64,000 nt of DNA from Gammaproteobacteria bacterium (lineage in GTDB: Bacteria; Pseudomonadota; Gammaproteobacteria; Eutrophobiales; Eutrophobiaceae): the NCBI GenBank assembly GCA_965221455.1, contig OZ244890.1, positions 2,025,774 to 2,089,773 on the forward strand, written 5' to 3'. Position numbers and translations under genes: made by a program. Positions within the stretch are counted from its first letter, which is position 1; every line of letters begins with the position of its first letter. The notes beneath the pieces are model-generated. The model searched no databases, was not told the DNA's origin, and worked only from the letters and a program-made list of their open reading frames with translations. Shown here in pieces: positions 1 to 9,934 of the stretch.

Positions 1-762
<762 letters not shown>

Positions 763-990
763 TTATTCGAATTTATTATTACACCAGGCCAGGAATGCAG
801 TTGAATTCATTATCAAGATATTTTTATCTTGTTTTTCTTCAGGAATATACTTTCTTTGTGCGGCAATATCTTTGAGCCATATAATTGCGCTATCTCTAAA
901 TCCATTATCCATTGATAAGAATAATAACTTCATTTCCAGGAACTGTTTCAATGGTACTTGAATACACATGAGGTAACTTCTTATCAACAC
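763..990 (-). CDS. Hypothetical ORF (75 aa) overlapping 905..1219 in another frame; possible 3' part of a disrupted gene
   Basis: ORF only; it fills the gap between dam and the dapE start. Confidence 0.2.
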   Translation of the reverse strand: MLIRSYLMCIQVPLKQFLEMKLLFLSMDNGFRDSAIIWLKDIAAQRKYIPEEKQDKNILIMNSTAFLAWCNNKFE

Positions 991-1219
991 TGCCGGCGGC
1001 TTGTTGCCATTTACATTCTATCCTGATTTCCAGATCATATTTTTGAGATTTCAGTAAAAATTCTGTAAACCCTCTACCTTCATAAAGCATGGTATAAGGT
1101 ACATTCCTGAGAAGTAATTCTCCACTATATTCAGCAGGTTTCCTTGTATAGCCAGAATATTTTATATCTGTAAATCCATGGGCAGATAATGTGCCGGCTC
1201 CCCATCTGTTATAATACAT
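905..1219 (-). CDS. Hypothetical protein (104 aa) 44 nt downstream of dam; may be the 5' part of a frameshifted gene continuing into ORF 763..990
   Basis: ORF MYYNRWGAGTLSAHGF...ECKWQQ; no family recognised. It overlaps a second minus-strand ORF (763..990) in a different frame. Confidence 0.3.
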   Translation of the reverse strand: MYYNRWGAGTLSAHGFTDIKYSGYTRKPAEYSGELLLRNVPYTMLYEGRGFTEFLLKSQKYDLEIRIECKWQQAAGSVDKKLPHVYSSTIETVPGNEVIILING

Positions 1220-1262
1220 TTCCAGTTTTATTTGCCTGGCCTCCTTGTGTCATGGTGTTACC

Positions 1263-2102
1263 TCACGTTTTGATAGATGGTAAATACAAGGCCAGAAGCT
1301 CTTTAGCACGTTCTCGTTTAAGTCCGTTGCAACTAATCGTTCTACGCACATTGATATGGTATATATGTGTTGCGTCGCTATATATCCTTTTAGTTATATT
1401 ATTTGAATGATTTGATAGTAATACAGCAACCCCTGAGTCTGATGCTTTTTTAGCGGCATTGGCCAATCGACGTTGCTCATCCATGTCGAACCCGCTTGCG
1501 TTATAGCTTGTAAAACAAGAGGTGTTGTTTCTGGGGACATAGGGTGGATCACAGTAGATTACATCTCCCGGAGACGCTTTTCTGATAATTGCTTCAAAAT
1601 CTTTACATGTAATTGAAGCTTTCCTGCTTTTTTTTTCAAAAAGGAGCAATTCTTTTTCAGGGAAATATGGTTTTTTGTATCTGCCAAATGGAACGTTCAG
1701 TTTTCCGGAGGCGTTATATCGGCATAAACCGTTGTAACCGTGTTTATTTATATATAAAAAAAAAGCGGATTTCAGGACTTGATTACCGGTTGAATTAAAT
1801 CGTTCTCTTATTTTGTAGAATTCATTGGCATCGTTATATTTCGGGTTGAAATATTTACGGCAATAATTGATGAATTTAATTCCATCGCTTTTCAGTAATT
1901 TGTAGAAACAGATGAGATCTTTATTGCTATCGTTGAGTGTATAGCGTTTGTATTCAGTATTTAAAAATACAACACTCGCACCTGCAAATGGTTCTATCAG
2001 ACGATTTCCGGCAGGGAGTCTTCTCTTGATTTCATCCAGTATTTGATATTTTCCACCGGCCCATTTAAGCGGAGGTCGATTTTTGCCAGGCATTTCCTGC
2101 AT
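1263..2102 (-). CDS. dam: DNA adenine methyltransferase (GATC-specific Dam family, N6-adenine MTase)
   Basis: PPLKWAGGKYQIL...EPFAGASVVFLN...DPPY motif set typical of Dam/DpnM-family MTases; 279 aa. Confidence 0.9.
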   Translation of the reverse strand: MQEMPGKNRPPLKWAGGKYQILDEIKRRLPAGNRLIEPFAGASVVFLNTEYKRYTLNDSNKDLICFYKLLKSDGIKFINYCRKYFNPKYNDANEFYKIRERFNSTGNQVLKSAFFLYINKHGYNGLCRYNASGKLNVPFGRYKKPYFPEKELLLFEKKSRKASITCKDFEAIIRKASPGDVIYCDPPYVPRNNTSCFTSYNASGFDMDEQRRLANAAKKASDSGVAVLLSNHSNNITKRIYSDATHIYHINVRRTISCNGLKRERAKELLALYLPSIKT

Positions 2103-2114
2103 GAGCAGTTACAT

Positions 2115-2381
2115 TTACTTTTCTACTTGAGACCGGGCATTAATGCTCAGGGCGTGGATTTCTGATGGCATTAAGTTGCCCACAGCCAGATAAACCATGC
2201 GGTGTCGTTGCAGTGCAGATTGACCTGCAAACTTATCTGAGACGATAGTGATATTAAAATGTCCTGCACCGCCGCTAGCGCCTGCATGGCCGACATGCAG
2301 GTGTGATTCGTCAATAATATCGAGATGTGTGGGAGACAGATCACGTTCCAGTCGTGTTTTTATTTCAGTGATGCGATCCAT
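2115..2381 (-). CDS. BolA-family protein (IbaG/YrbA-like)
   Basis: 88 aa; LDIIDESHLHVGHAG...GHFNITIVSDKFAGQSALQRHRMVY matches the BolA signature. Confidence 0.8.
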   Translation of the reverse strand: MDRITEIKTRLERDLSPTHLDIIDESHLHVGHAGASGGAGHFNITIVSDKFAGQSALQRHRMVYLAVGNLMPSEIHALSINARSQVEK

Positions 2382-2410
2382 TTAAAAATCAATCTTGAGA
2401 ATTGTTTATT

Positions 2411-2707
2411 TCAGAAAATTTTTTTGAAGGGCTTCACAGTGACTTTCTCGTAAGCACCCGCAGTGACATAAGGATCGGTGTCAGCCCACACCTGTGCGGA
2501 CTCAAGAGAATTAAACTCTGCGATAATCAAACTTCCGGTAAATCCGGCTGGACCCGGATCTTCACTATCGATCGAGGGGTGCGGCCCGGCGATCAGTAGT
2601 CGACCCTCATTTTGCAGCGTCTGCAGCCTGGCGACATGATCAGCACGCACACTCATCCTTTTTTCCAGACTATCTTCAACGTCCTGACTGATAATTGCGT
2701 AAAACAT
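2411..2707 (-). CDS. yciI: YciI-like protein
   Basis: 98 aa, YciI-family sequence; adjacent to yciB as in enterobacterial synteny. Confidence 0.75.
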   Translation of the reverse strand: MFYAIISQDVEDSLEKRMSVRADHVARLQTLQNEGRLLIAGPHPSIDSEDPGPAGFTGSLIIAEFNSLESAQVWADTDPYVTAGAYEKVTVKPFKKIF

Positions 2708-2710
2708 TGA

Positions 2711-3319
2711 TTAATTTTTCTGGTCCATGTTATCCGGTTTATCATCATCGCCTTGCAGCATATCGTCGGGAATATTTCCATGTCGGAATATATAAAACAT
2801 TGCGCCACCCATAAATATGACATTCAAAATGGTGATACCAAACACCTTGAAATCAACCCAAATCGCCCTGTCAAAATTGTAAGCAACGTAAATATTGGCA
2901 ATTCCCAGAAGGGAAAAGAAAAGCACCAGACTGATATTCAATCTAAACCAGATTGCGTCGGGCGCTGAGATTCTCTCATCTGAATATTGAATCATTCGTT
3001 GAAATACATTTTTTTTACCGATGTATTGGCTACCGAGTGCCAAGAGTGCAAAAATCCATAATACGACCGTTGGTTTCCATTGGATAAACCTTTCATCATG
3101 TAATAGTAAAGTCGCGGTTCCGAATAACAATACAACCCCAAGTGTAACAAGATGCATCGTTTCAAAGCGCTTATACATTAACCGGTAAATGGCTATCTGC
3201 AGGAAACTGGCCGCCATCAGTACGGCTGTGGCGGTATATATTCCTGTTGCAGAGTCACTGCCCAGTTTGAAGGCGACAAAGAACGCCAGAACTGGAAAAA
3301 AGTCGAACAAAAATTTCAT
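2711..3319 (-). CDS. yciB: Intracellular septation protein A (YciB/IspZ), inner-membrane protein
   Basis: 202 aa polytopic membrane protein; N-terminus MKFLFDFFPVLAFFVAFK is typical of YciB. Confidence 0.85.
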   Translation of the reverse strand: MKFLFDFFPVLAFFVAFKLGSDSATGIYTATAVLMAASFLQIAIYRLMYKRFETMHLVTLGVVLLFGTATLLLHDERFIQWKPTVVLWIFALLALGSQYIGKKNVFQRMIQYSDERISAPDAIWFRLNISLVLFFSLLGIANIYVAYNFDRAIWVDFKVFGITILNVIFMGGAMFYIFRHGNIPDDMLQGDDDKPDNMDQKN

Positions 3320-3408
3320 GCAGGTAATATACGCCTCTTTAAATTATGTTGGTTCTGCAATCATATCGAAAAGCGTTAGCTCGGACCATTCATGAACAAG
3401 ACTATTCT

Positions 3409-4032
3409 ATGACACAGTTTTTTGAAATTCATCCTGTAAACCCGCAGAAGCGACTGATTCTGTCTGCAGCGGCTATTGTGCGCAAAGGCGGTGTAGTTGT
3501 CTATCCGACGGATTCCTGTTACGCATTGGGATGCCATATCGGCGATAAAACCGCGTTGGAAAGAATTCAAAGAATCAGGAAGCTGGATAAAAAACATGAT
3601 TTAACCCTGTTGTGTCGGGATCTTTCCGAGATAAGTACCTATGCCAAAGTTCACAATGCATCTTTTCGTTTAATGAAGTCGGTGACACCAGGACCCTATA
3701 CTTTTTTGTTAGCGGCAACGCGAGATGTGCCCAATCAATTACAGCACCCCAAGCGTAAGACTGTAGGCGTACGTATTCCTGACAAGCGGATTGTGCTGGA
3801 TCTGTTGGAAGAACTGGGTGAGCCGATGCTCAGTACCAGTATGATATTGCCGGGAAATGAAATGCCAATGATTGATCCTGTTGAAATCGCGGATGTACTA
3901 CATGGACAAATTGATCTCGTCATTGATGGGGGGGCGTGTGGATTAGACGCCACCACGGTCGTCGACCTGGCAGATGGTCAGGCGGTGATTGTTCGTGAAG
4001 GCATGGGTGATGTTTCTGCCATGGGCATATAG
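3409..4032 (+). CDS. yciO: L-threonylcarbamoyladenylate synthase-family protein (YciO/YrdC/Sua5 domain)
   Basis: YrdC-like fold motifs (VVVYPTDSCYALGC...KGR...PLLL-type). Start probably at the internal Met MTQFF (3409) rather than the ORF start at 3346. Confidence 0.75.
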   Translation: MTQFFEIHPVNPQKRLILSAAAIVRKGGVVVYPTDSCYALGCHIGDKTALERIQRIRKLDKKHDLTLLCRDLSEISTYAKVHNASFRLMKSVTPGPYTFLLAATRDVPNQLQHPKRKTVGVRIPDKRIVLDLLEELGEPMLSTSMILPGNEMPMIDPVEIADVLHGQIDLVIDGGACGLDATTVVDLADGQAVIVREGMGDVSAMGI

Positions 4033-4075
4033 ATGTATACTGAGGGTCGGAATATTAATCGTTGAGGATGTTTAT

Positions 4076-5287
4076 TTGAGCAGTACCGCCAATCAGAGAG
4101 TTCTGTCAGGCATGAGACCGACAGGGCAACTACATCTCGGTCATTACCATGGTGTACTCAAAAACTGGTTAGGTTTACAGAACGAGTATGAATGTTTTTT
4201 CTTTGTCGCGGATTGGCATGCATTAACCACAGAATATGAAGATCCTCATGTAATTTCAGAAAATGTCTGGGATATGGTGATCGATTGGTTAGCCGCCGGG
4301 GTCGATCCGGGTGCCGCCAAGATTTTTATTCAGTCTCATGTGCCCGAACATGCTGAATTACATCTCCTGCTATCTATGTGTACACCGTTGAGTTGGCTCG
4401 AAAGGGTGCCGAGCTATAAGGATCAGCGGGAGAAGCTCAGCAATAAAGATCTGACCACGTATGGTTTTCTGGGTTATCCCCTGTTACAGACCGCCGATAT
4501 ATTGATTTACAAGGCAGGGCATGTTCCGGTGGGCGATGATCAGGTCGCCCATGTAGAATTATCCCGTGAAGTCGCCCGTCGGTTTAACTTTCTTTATGGT
4601 CGTGAGGCGAAATTTGAGGATAAGGCGGAAGCCGCCGCCAAAAAGATGGGTAAGAAGAATAATCGTCTTTATCATGATTTAAGGAAACAGTATCAGGAAC
4701 GAGGAGATGAGCAGGCACTTGAAAAGGCACACGCCCTGATTGAGAGACAACAGAATATCAGCATTGGAGACCGGGAACGTCTAATCGGTTATCTGGAAGG
4801 GGGGGGTAAGGTCATATTGCCGGAGCCGCAGGCACTACTAACACCCACATCAAAGTTTATCGGTCTGGATGGGAAAAAAATGTCCAAATCCTATAGTAAT
4901 AGCATCACATTGCGAGAAAGCCCTGCCAGTGTGGAAGAGAAAATTAAAACCATGCCGACCGATACTAATCGTGTACGTCGTGATGATCCGGGTGAACCAG
5001 AGAAATGTCATGTTTGGAATTTGCACGAAGTTTACTCCAATAATGAGGTGAAAGACTGGGTGCAGACCGGGTGTCGAACCGCCGGGATTGGTTGTCTGGA
5101 CTGTAAGGAACCTTTGATAGATTCTATCTTGAAAGAGCAGTCACCTATTCGCGAAAGGGCAAAGGAATTTCAGGAAGATCTCGAAACGGTGCGTGGTATT
5201 ATTAGCGAAGGCAGCGATGCCGCACGTGAAGTCGCACGTGAAACTATCAGTGAAGTGAAACAAGCCATGGGTCTTGAGCATAGATAG
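4076..5287 (+). CDS. trpS: Tryptophan--tRNA ligase (long form with internal insertion)
   Basis: HIGH-type motif RPTGQLHLGHY and KMSKS motif present. Likely TTG start at 4076 with GAGGAT RBS at 4063-4068. A lysine/glutamate-rich insertion of about 70 aa relative to E. coli TrpRS. Confidence 0.85.
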   Translation: MSSTANQRVLSGMRPTGQLHLGHYHGVLKNWLGLQNEYECFFFVADWHALTTEYEDPHVISENVWDMVIDWLAAGVDPGAAKIFIQSHVPEHAELHLLLSMCTPLSWLERVPSYKDQREKLSNKDLTTYGFLGYPLLQTADILIYKAGHVPVGDDQVAHVELSREVARRFNFLYGREAKFEDKAEAAAKKMGKKNNRLYHDLRKQYQERGDEQALEKAHALIERQQNISIGDRERLIGYLEGGGKVILPEPQALLTPTSKFIGLDGKKMSKSYSNSITLRESPASVEEKIKTMPTDTNRVRRDDPGEPEKCHVWNLHEVYSNNEVKDWVQTGCRTAGIGCLDCKEPLIDSILKEQSPIRERAKEFQEDLETVRGIISEGSDAAREVARETISEVKQAMGLEHR

Positions 5288-5303
5288 AATATTATTGTTA
5301 AAT

Positions 5304-6137
5304 ATGTCGGATAATCCATCACCAGAAAATCAGGCTCAAAAAGATCAGGCGGTAGGTAACCAAAAAGAGAGGCCCTTTGCCGTAGTTCATGGTGAGCCCT
5401 TATCTGAAGTTCCTACAGATTTGTATATTCCCCCGGAGGCATTGAAAGTCTTTCTTGAGGCATTTGAGGGGCCATTGGACTTTTTGCTCTATCTTATCAG
5501 GCGGCAAAATCTGGATATCGTGAATATCCCGATTGCTCAGATCACAGAGCAATACATGCATTACATTGATTTGATGGAGAATTTACAGCTCGATCTAGCT
5601 GGTGAATATCTGGTAATGGCAGCTATGTTGGCCGAGATTAAATCGAGAATGTTATTGCCCAGCCCCGTGGATGACAATGAGGATGAGGACGATCCGCGTG
5701 CTGAGTTGGTCAGGCGGTTACAAGAATATGAAAGATACAAACGGGCCGCAGAAGATATAGACGCGCTGCCTCGATATGAACGCGAAATTTTCGGGGCTAT
5801 TGCGGAATTTCCAGATCGAAAATCTACTCAGCAGCAGCCAGACGTTTCCATGGACGCTTTACTTCGGGTATTTGCCGAAGTACTAGCCAGAGCTGATATG
5901 TACACACATCACCGGATACAACGTGAAGTATTGTCCGTGCGCGAACGTATGACCATAGTACTGGATAAAATCACTGCTGAGGATTTTATTGATTTTAAGG
6001 AACTATTTGGCGCGGAAGAAGGTCGAGGTGGTGTGATTGTCGCCTTACTGGCAATTCTGGAATTACTAAAAAGTTCGCTGATAGAAATGGTGCAAAACGA
6101 AATAAACGGTCCAATCTATATCAAGGCTGCATCATAA
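5304..6137 (+). CDS. scpA: Segregation and condensation protein A (ScpA kleisin)
   Basis: LEAFEGPLDFLLYLIRRQNLDIVNIPIAQITEQY matches the ScpA N-terminal domain. Start uncertain (5274 or 5304). Confidence 0.8.
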   Translation: MSDNPSPENQAQKDQAVGNQKERPFAVVHGEPLSEVPTDLYIPPEALKVFLEAFEGPLDFLLYLIRRQNLDIVNIPIAQITEQYMHYIDLMENLQLDLAGEYLVMAAMLAEIKSRMLLPSPVDDNEDEDDPRAELVRRLQEYERYKRAAEDIDALPRYEREIFGAIAEFPDRKSTQQQPDVSMDALLRVFAEVLARADMYTHHRIQREVLSVRERMTIVLDKITAEDFIDFKELFGAEEGRGGVIVALLAILELLKSSLIEMVQNEINGPIYIKAAS

Positions 6138-6156
6138 AGGATTAGGTTCTACCGGA

Positions 6157-6921
6157 GTGGGAGCCAAGAAAATAGTGGATCAACAAAAGTTAAAAAATAT
6201 TGTTGAAGCGGCACTGATGGTGTCCGAGAAACCGGTCAGTCTGACTCAGTTATCAGCCATTTTTGAAAATGAGTCCGATATCCCTGAAAAAGCGGATATT
6301 AGAGCAGCCATCGAGCAAGTCGCCCAAGACTATAAGGGGCGTGGTATAGAAGTCAATGAGGTTGCCAGCGGTTTTCGTATACAGGTCAATAGTGATTATG
6401 CCGACTGGATTAATCGTTTGTTTGATGATCGACCTCCGAGGTATTCCAGAGCTTTACTGGAAACACTGGCCATTATCGCTTACCGTCAACCCATAACGCG
6501 TGCCGAGATTGAAGAGATTAGAGGTGTGAGTGTCAGTTCTAATATTATCAGGACATTACAGGAGCGTAACTGGATCCGTGTCGTCGGGCAGAGGGATATC
6601 CCGGGTAGACCCGAATTATTAGCCACAACGAAGGAGTTTCTGGATTATTTCAATCTGAGAAAACTTTCAGAGTTACCATCACTCTCCGAGATAAAGGATT
6701 TTGATCAAATCAATCCTGATCTATTCGAGGAACTTGAAAAAGAAGCTAAGGTACAAGTAAATAAAGCCGCCGCAGATAGATTTGAATCGAGCAAACCGGA
6801 ATCCAGCATTGAACAAGTTGCGATTGATGACAGTGAGAATATTCCTGAACCCGGGGCGGATAATGCAAAAGACACTCGCGATGTTATCAGCGACGAAGAT
6901 AATGTAGTTCCCTTTGGTTGA
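6157..6921 (+). CDS. scpB: Segregation and condensation protein B (ScpB)
   Basis: ScpB winged-helix region (ALMVSEKPVSLTQLSAIF...ETLAIIAYRQPITRAEIEEIRGV). GTG start called in the ORF track. Confidence 0.8.
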   Translation: MGAKKIVDQQKLKNIVEAALMVSEKPVSLTQLSAIFENESDIPEKADIRAAIEQVAQDYKGRGIEVNEVASGFRIQVNSDYADWINRLFDDRPPRYSRALLETLAIIAYRQPITRAEIEEIRGVSVSSNIIRTLQERNWIRVVGQRDIPGRPELLATTKEFLDYFNLRKLSELPSLSEIKDFDQINPDLFEELEKEAKVQVNKAAADRFESSKPESSIEQVAIDDSENIPEPGADNAKDTRDVISDEDNVVPFG

Positions 6922-6985
6922 TTGTTTTTAGCTTATGTTTAAAAGGTTTTAAGCATTATTAACGTTCGGCTCGTTGTCGCTACTC

Positions 6986-7825
6986 ATGTCTGAAAAAAGA
7001 ATACCTGAACGTATTCAAAAGGTTTTGGCGCGTGCGGGTCTGGGTTCACGACGTGAAGTGGAATCATGGATCAGGCAGGGACGCATCACAGTCGATGGTA
7101 AGCCCGCCAGGTTGGGCGATTCAATTGCCACTGGAGATCGCGTTCAGCTAGATAACAAACAAATTAAATTACCTGAAAAAACGGACATAAAAACCAGAGT
7201 CATTGCCTATCACAAACCTGCAGGAGAAATTTGTACCCGGAAAGATGTCGAAGGCAGACCAACCGTATTCTCAAAATTACCTCGTTTGAAAGGTTCACGA
7301 TGGATTGGCGTCGGACGGCTGGATATTAATACTTACGGATTATTGCTTTTTACCAACAATGGCGATCTTGCAAATCGTCTAATGCATCCGTCATCAGGTA
7401 TAGACCGCGAGTATGCAGTTCGTGTGTTGGGTCAAGTTGTTCAAGAGGTGCTTGATAAATTGCAATCAGGTGTGGAGCTGGAGGACGGTCCAGCACATTT
7501 CTCGGATATAGTTGATTCCGGCGGAGATGGTGCCAATCACTGGTATCACGTCACCCTCATGGAAGGACGTAATCATGAAGTGAAACGTCTTTGGGAATCA
7601 CAAGGGATTACCGTGAGTCGTTTGATTCGTGTCCGTTTCGGCCCGGTTGTGTTAACTCGCAGCTCACGAGTTGGCACTATCAGGGAACTTGATGGTAGAG
7701 AAATTAGCGAACTGTATGAGTGGCTTGATGTAAAACTCAAGACTACATCTGTGTTGCGGCACAAGAGAGTGAAGAAACCCGGCGCCGGGAAAAATCGTTC
7801 GGTGGAATATCTACATGAAGATTAA
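6986..7825 (+). CDS. rluB: 23S rRNA pseudouridine synthase RluB (S4 domain + RsuA-family catalytic domain)
   Basis: S4-domain N-terminus KVLARAGLGSRREVESWIRQGRITVDG; catalytic GRLD motif. The trpS-scpA-scpB-rluB order is conserved in gammaproteobacteria. Confidence 0.85.
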   Translation: MSEKRIPERIQKVLARAGLGSRREVESWIRQGRITVDGKPARLGDSIATGDRVQLDNKQIKLPEKTDIKTRVIAYHKPAGEICTRKDVEGRPTVFSKLPRLKGSRWIGVGRLDINTYGLLLFTNNGDLANRLMHPSSGIDREYAVRVLGQVVQEVLDKLQSGVELEDGPAHFSDIVDSGGDGANHWYHVTLMEGRNHEVKRLWESQGITVSRLIRVRFGPVVLTRSSRVGTIRELDGREISELYEWLDVKLKTTSVLRHKRVKKPGAGKNRSVEYLHED

Positions 7826-8422
7826 GTAGGCATCCAGTAATAAAATGGAGATGTTGCATCATTATTTTCAGAAATATTCACTTTAATTAAGTGATTATTA
7901 TGTATTTTTTTCTAAAAAAGATTATCGTTGAAAAAGACACCTTTCCCATACCAACCATAAGTTATTCCTGCAATCCAATGCCTGTAGGTGATAGAAGATG
8001 CTGTTTATGAACAAATACTCTATGTCGGACTGCATCGTGGTGCAAAAAAATATCTTGCTCAAATAAAAATTGCGTCCTGAATAGTGAACATTCCCTTATT
8101 TTTTTACATAACTATTTCGGTAAAAATACAAAATTATTCACATACATTCATTGTTTCGATTTTTGGGAGCCTTGGTGTTCAGGCTATGGAATCGAATGAC
8201 GTAAATGAAGGCTAATTGCTATTGCGTGGAAAGTTATGTCCGGTAATCGCAGGCTTCAACCTCTTCCACCAATTTTTCAATAGAGACCCTGACATGTCCT
8301 TCCGCAAGTTCAATACCTGTGTTCAGTAAGCGATTCCAAGATTGCGTTAGGTCAGCGATTACTCCAGAAGAGTATACTCAGACCGTCAAATATATTAACA
8401 TTCCCGACCTCTCAGGCAGGGT

Positions 8423-9193
8423 ATGAAAATGACGCAACGTACACCGTTAGTGGCGGCGAACTGGAAAATGAATGGATCGTTGGCCACCATTCGTCCGTTA
8501 TTGAAAAGTGTCATTAGTGGTCTGAAGTCGGGATGTGATGCTGAAATCGCATTCTGCCCAACATATGTGTATTTGGCGGAATTGGCGGAGATATTTAATA
8601 ATACAGGGATCGGCTTGGGCGCACAGGATATTTCGCATTTTAAAGCAGGGGCTTACACCGGAGAGGTTGCAGCGGAGATGCTGAAAGATTTTTCATGTAA
8701 GTACGCCATCGTTGGGCATTCTGAGCGTCGAATGCTCTATCATGAGACGGAAACGCTGGTGGCAGAGAAGTTTGTACGAGCACAAGAAGCAGGGTTGGTT
8801 CCCATACTTTGCATCGGAGAGCAGTTAGCGGACAGGGAGTCTGCAGACACAGAAGCAGTGATTGAAAGACAATTGGATGTTGTCATAAAAACAGCCGGGA
8901 TTACTTCATTTAGTGATGCCGTGATTGCCTATGAACCGGTTTGGGCGATTGGCACAGGTGAGACAGCGACACCCGAACAAGCGCAAGAAATACATGCATT
9001 TGTGAGGTCGTTGTTGGCTCGGCATGATGATGTGGTAGCCGACAAAGTTAGAATACTTTATGGGGGCAGTGTTAAAGCTACTAACGCAATTGAAATTTTT
9101 AACATGGTCGATGTTGATGGTGGTTTAATCGGGGGGGCTTCTCTGGATACCGAGCAATTCCTCAGCATATGCCATGCAGCCAAAAGGTCTTGA
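8423..9193 (+). CDS. tpiA: Triosephosphate isomerase
   Basis: AANWKMNGS, GHSERR and AYEPVWAIGTG signature motifs. Confidence 0.9.
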   Translation: MKMTQRTPLVAANWKMNGSLATIRPLLKSVISGLKSGCDAEIAFCPTYVYLAELAEIFNNTGIGLGAQDISHFKAGAYTGEVAAEMLKDFSCKYAIVGHSERRMLYHETETLVAEKFVRAQEAGLVPILCIGEQLADRESADTEAVIERQLDVVIKTAGITSFSDAVIAYEPVWAIGTGETATPEQAQEIHAFVRSLLARHDDVVADKVRILYGGSVKATNAIEIFNMVDVDGGLIGGASLDTEQFLSICHAAKRS

Positions 9194-9197
9194 ATTG

Positions 9198-9692
9198 ATG
9201 GAGTTTTTAAATGCACAATCGTTACAAGTGGTTTTACTCGTTTTTCAGGTCATTGTTGCTGTGACTTTAATAGGCCTTATTCTCATTCAACACGGAAAAG
9301 GTGCGGATGCGGGTGCGGCCTTTGGCAGCGGAGCTTCCTCGACTGTATTCGGCAGTCAAGGTTCCGGTAATTTTTTAACCAGGACGACCGCTGTGTTCGC
9401 ATTTTTGTTTCTGGGTAACAGTTTACTACTTGGCTATATTGCAACAGGGCGTGTAGGAGTTCCGCCGAGCCTCATGGAAGGTCAGCCGTTGGTCGTCGAA
9501 GAGGCGCCGTCGGTGATTACCGAAGAAGTGGTCCCTACAGCAGGAACTCCGCCGAGCCTCATTGAAGTTGAGCCGTTGGTCGTCGAAGAAGTGCCGTCGG
9601 TGATTACCGAAGAAGTGGTCCCTGTAGAGAGTCCCGCTGTAGATACAATTGAATTTGATATTCCCTCAATTCCTGTAGAGCAGTCCGAGTAA
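9198..9692 (+). CDS. secG: Preprotein translocase subunit SecG with an acidic C-terminal extension of about 60 aa containing a 2 x 29-aa repeat
   Basis: LIQHGKGADAGAAFGSGASSTVFGSQGSGNFLTRTT matches the SecG core; followed by tRNA-Leu(GAG) as in E. coli secG-leuU. Confidence 0.85.
   Translation: MEFLNAQSLQVVLLVFQVIVAVTLIGLILIQHGKGADAGAAFGSGASSTVFGSQGSGNFLTRTTAVFAFLFLGNSLLLGYIATGRVGVPPSLMEGQPLVVEEAPSVITEEVVPTAGTPPSLIEVEPLVVEEVPSVITEEVVPVESPAVDTIEFDIPSIPVEQSE
9462..9626 (+). repeat. In-frame tandem direct repeat, 2 x ~87 bp, inside the secG 3' region
   Basis: ccgccgagcctcatggaaggtcagccgttggtcgtcgaagaggcgccgtcggtgattaccgaagaagtggtccct... recurs with few substitutions. It encodes PPSL(M/I)E(G/V)(Q/E)PLVVEE(A/V)PSVITEEVVP twice. 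Confidence 0.85.
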
Positions 9693-9703
9693 CCATACAT
9701 CCG

Positions 9704-9788
9704 GCCGATGTGGTGGAATTGGTAGACACGCTATCTTGAGGGGGTAGTGCTTTAGGGCGTGCCGGTTCGACTCCGGCCATCGGCACCA
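9704..9788 (+). tRNA. leuU: tRNA-Leu (anticodon GAG), CCA encoded
   Basis: Near-identical 5' half to E. coli leuU (GTGGTGGAATTGGTAGACACGCTA). Anticodon loop TTGAGGG, long variable arm, T-arm GGTTCGACTCC, acceptor GCCGATG/CATCGGC + ACCA. Confidence 0.9.
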
Positions 9789-9934
9789 TGAAAAATCAAT
9801 GGCTTACGTTGGTTTTTGTTATTTCCTGTTTTGCAGGAGAGGTGAGATGGGGGGGATGATAATTTTGTCCACGGTACCCCTCATAATTACATCCCTTGGA
9901 CAATGAGTTTTGGAAAAGCGGAGGAGAGGCCTGT

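Noticed and set aside
9482-9789. Minus-strand ORFs 9482..9700 and 9604..9789
   Set aside because: The first is antisense to the secG repeat region (its low-complexity TTSSVITDG repeats mirror the sense repeats). The second overlaps tRNA-Leu.
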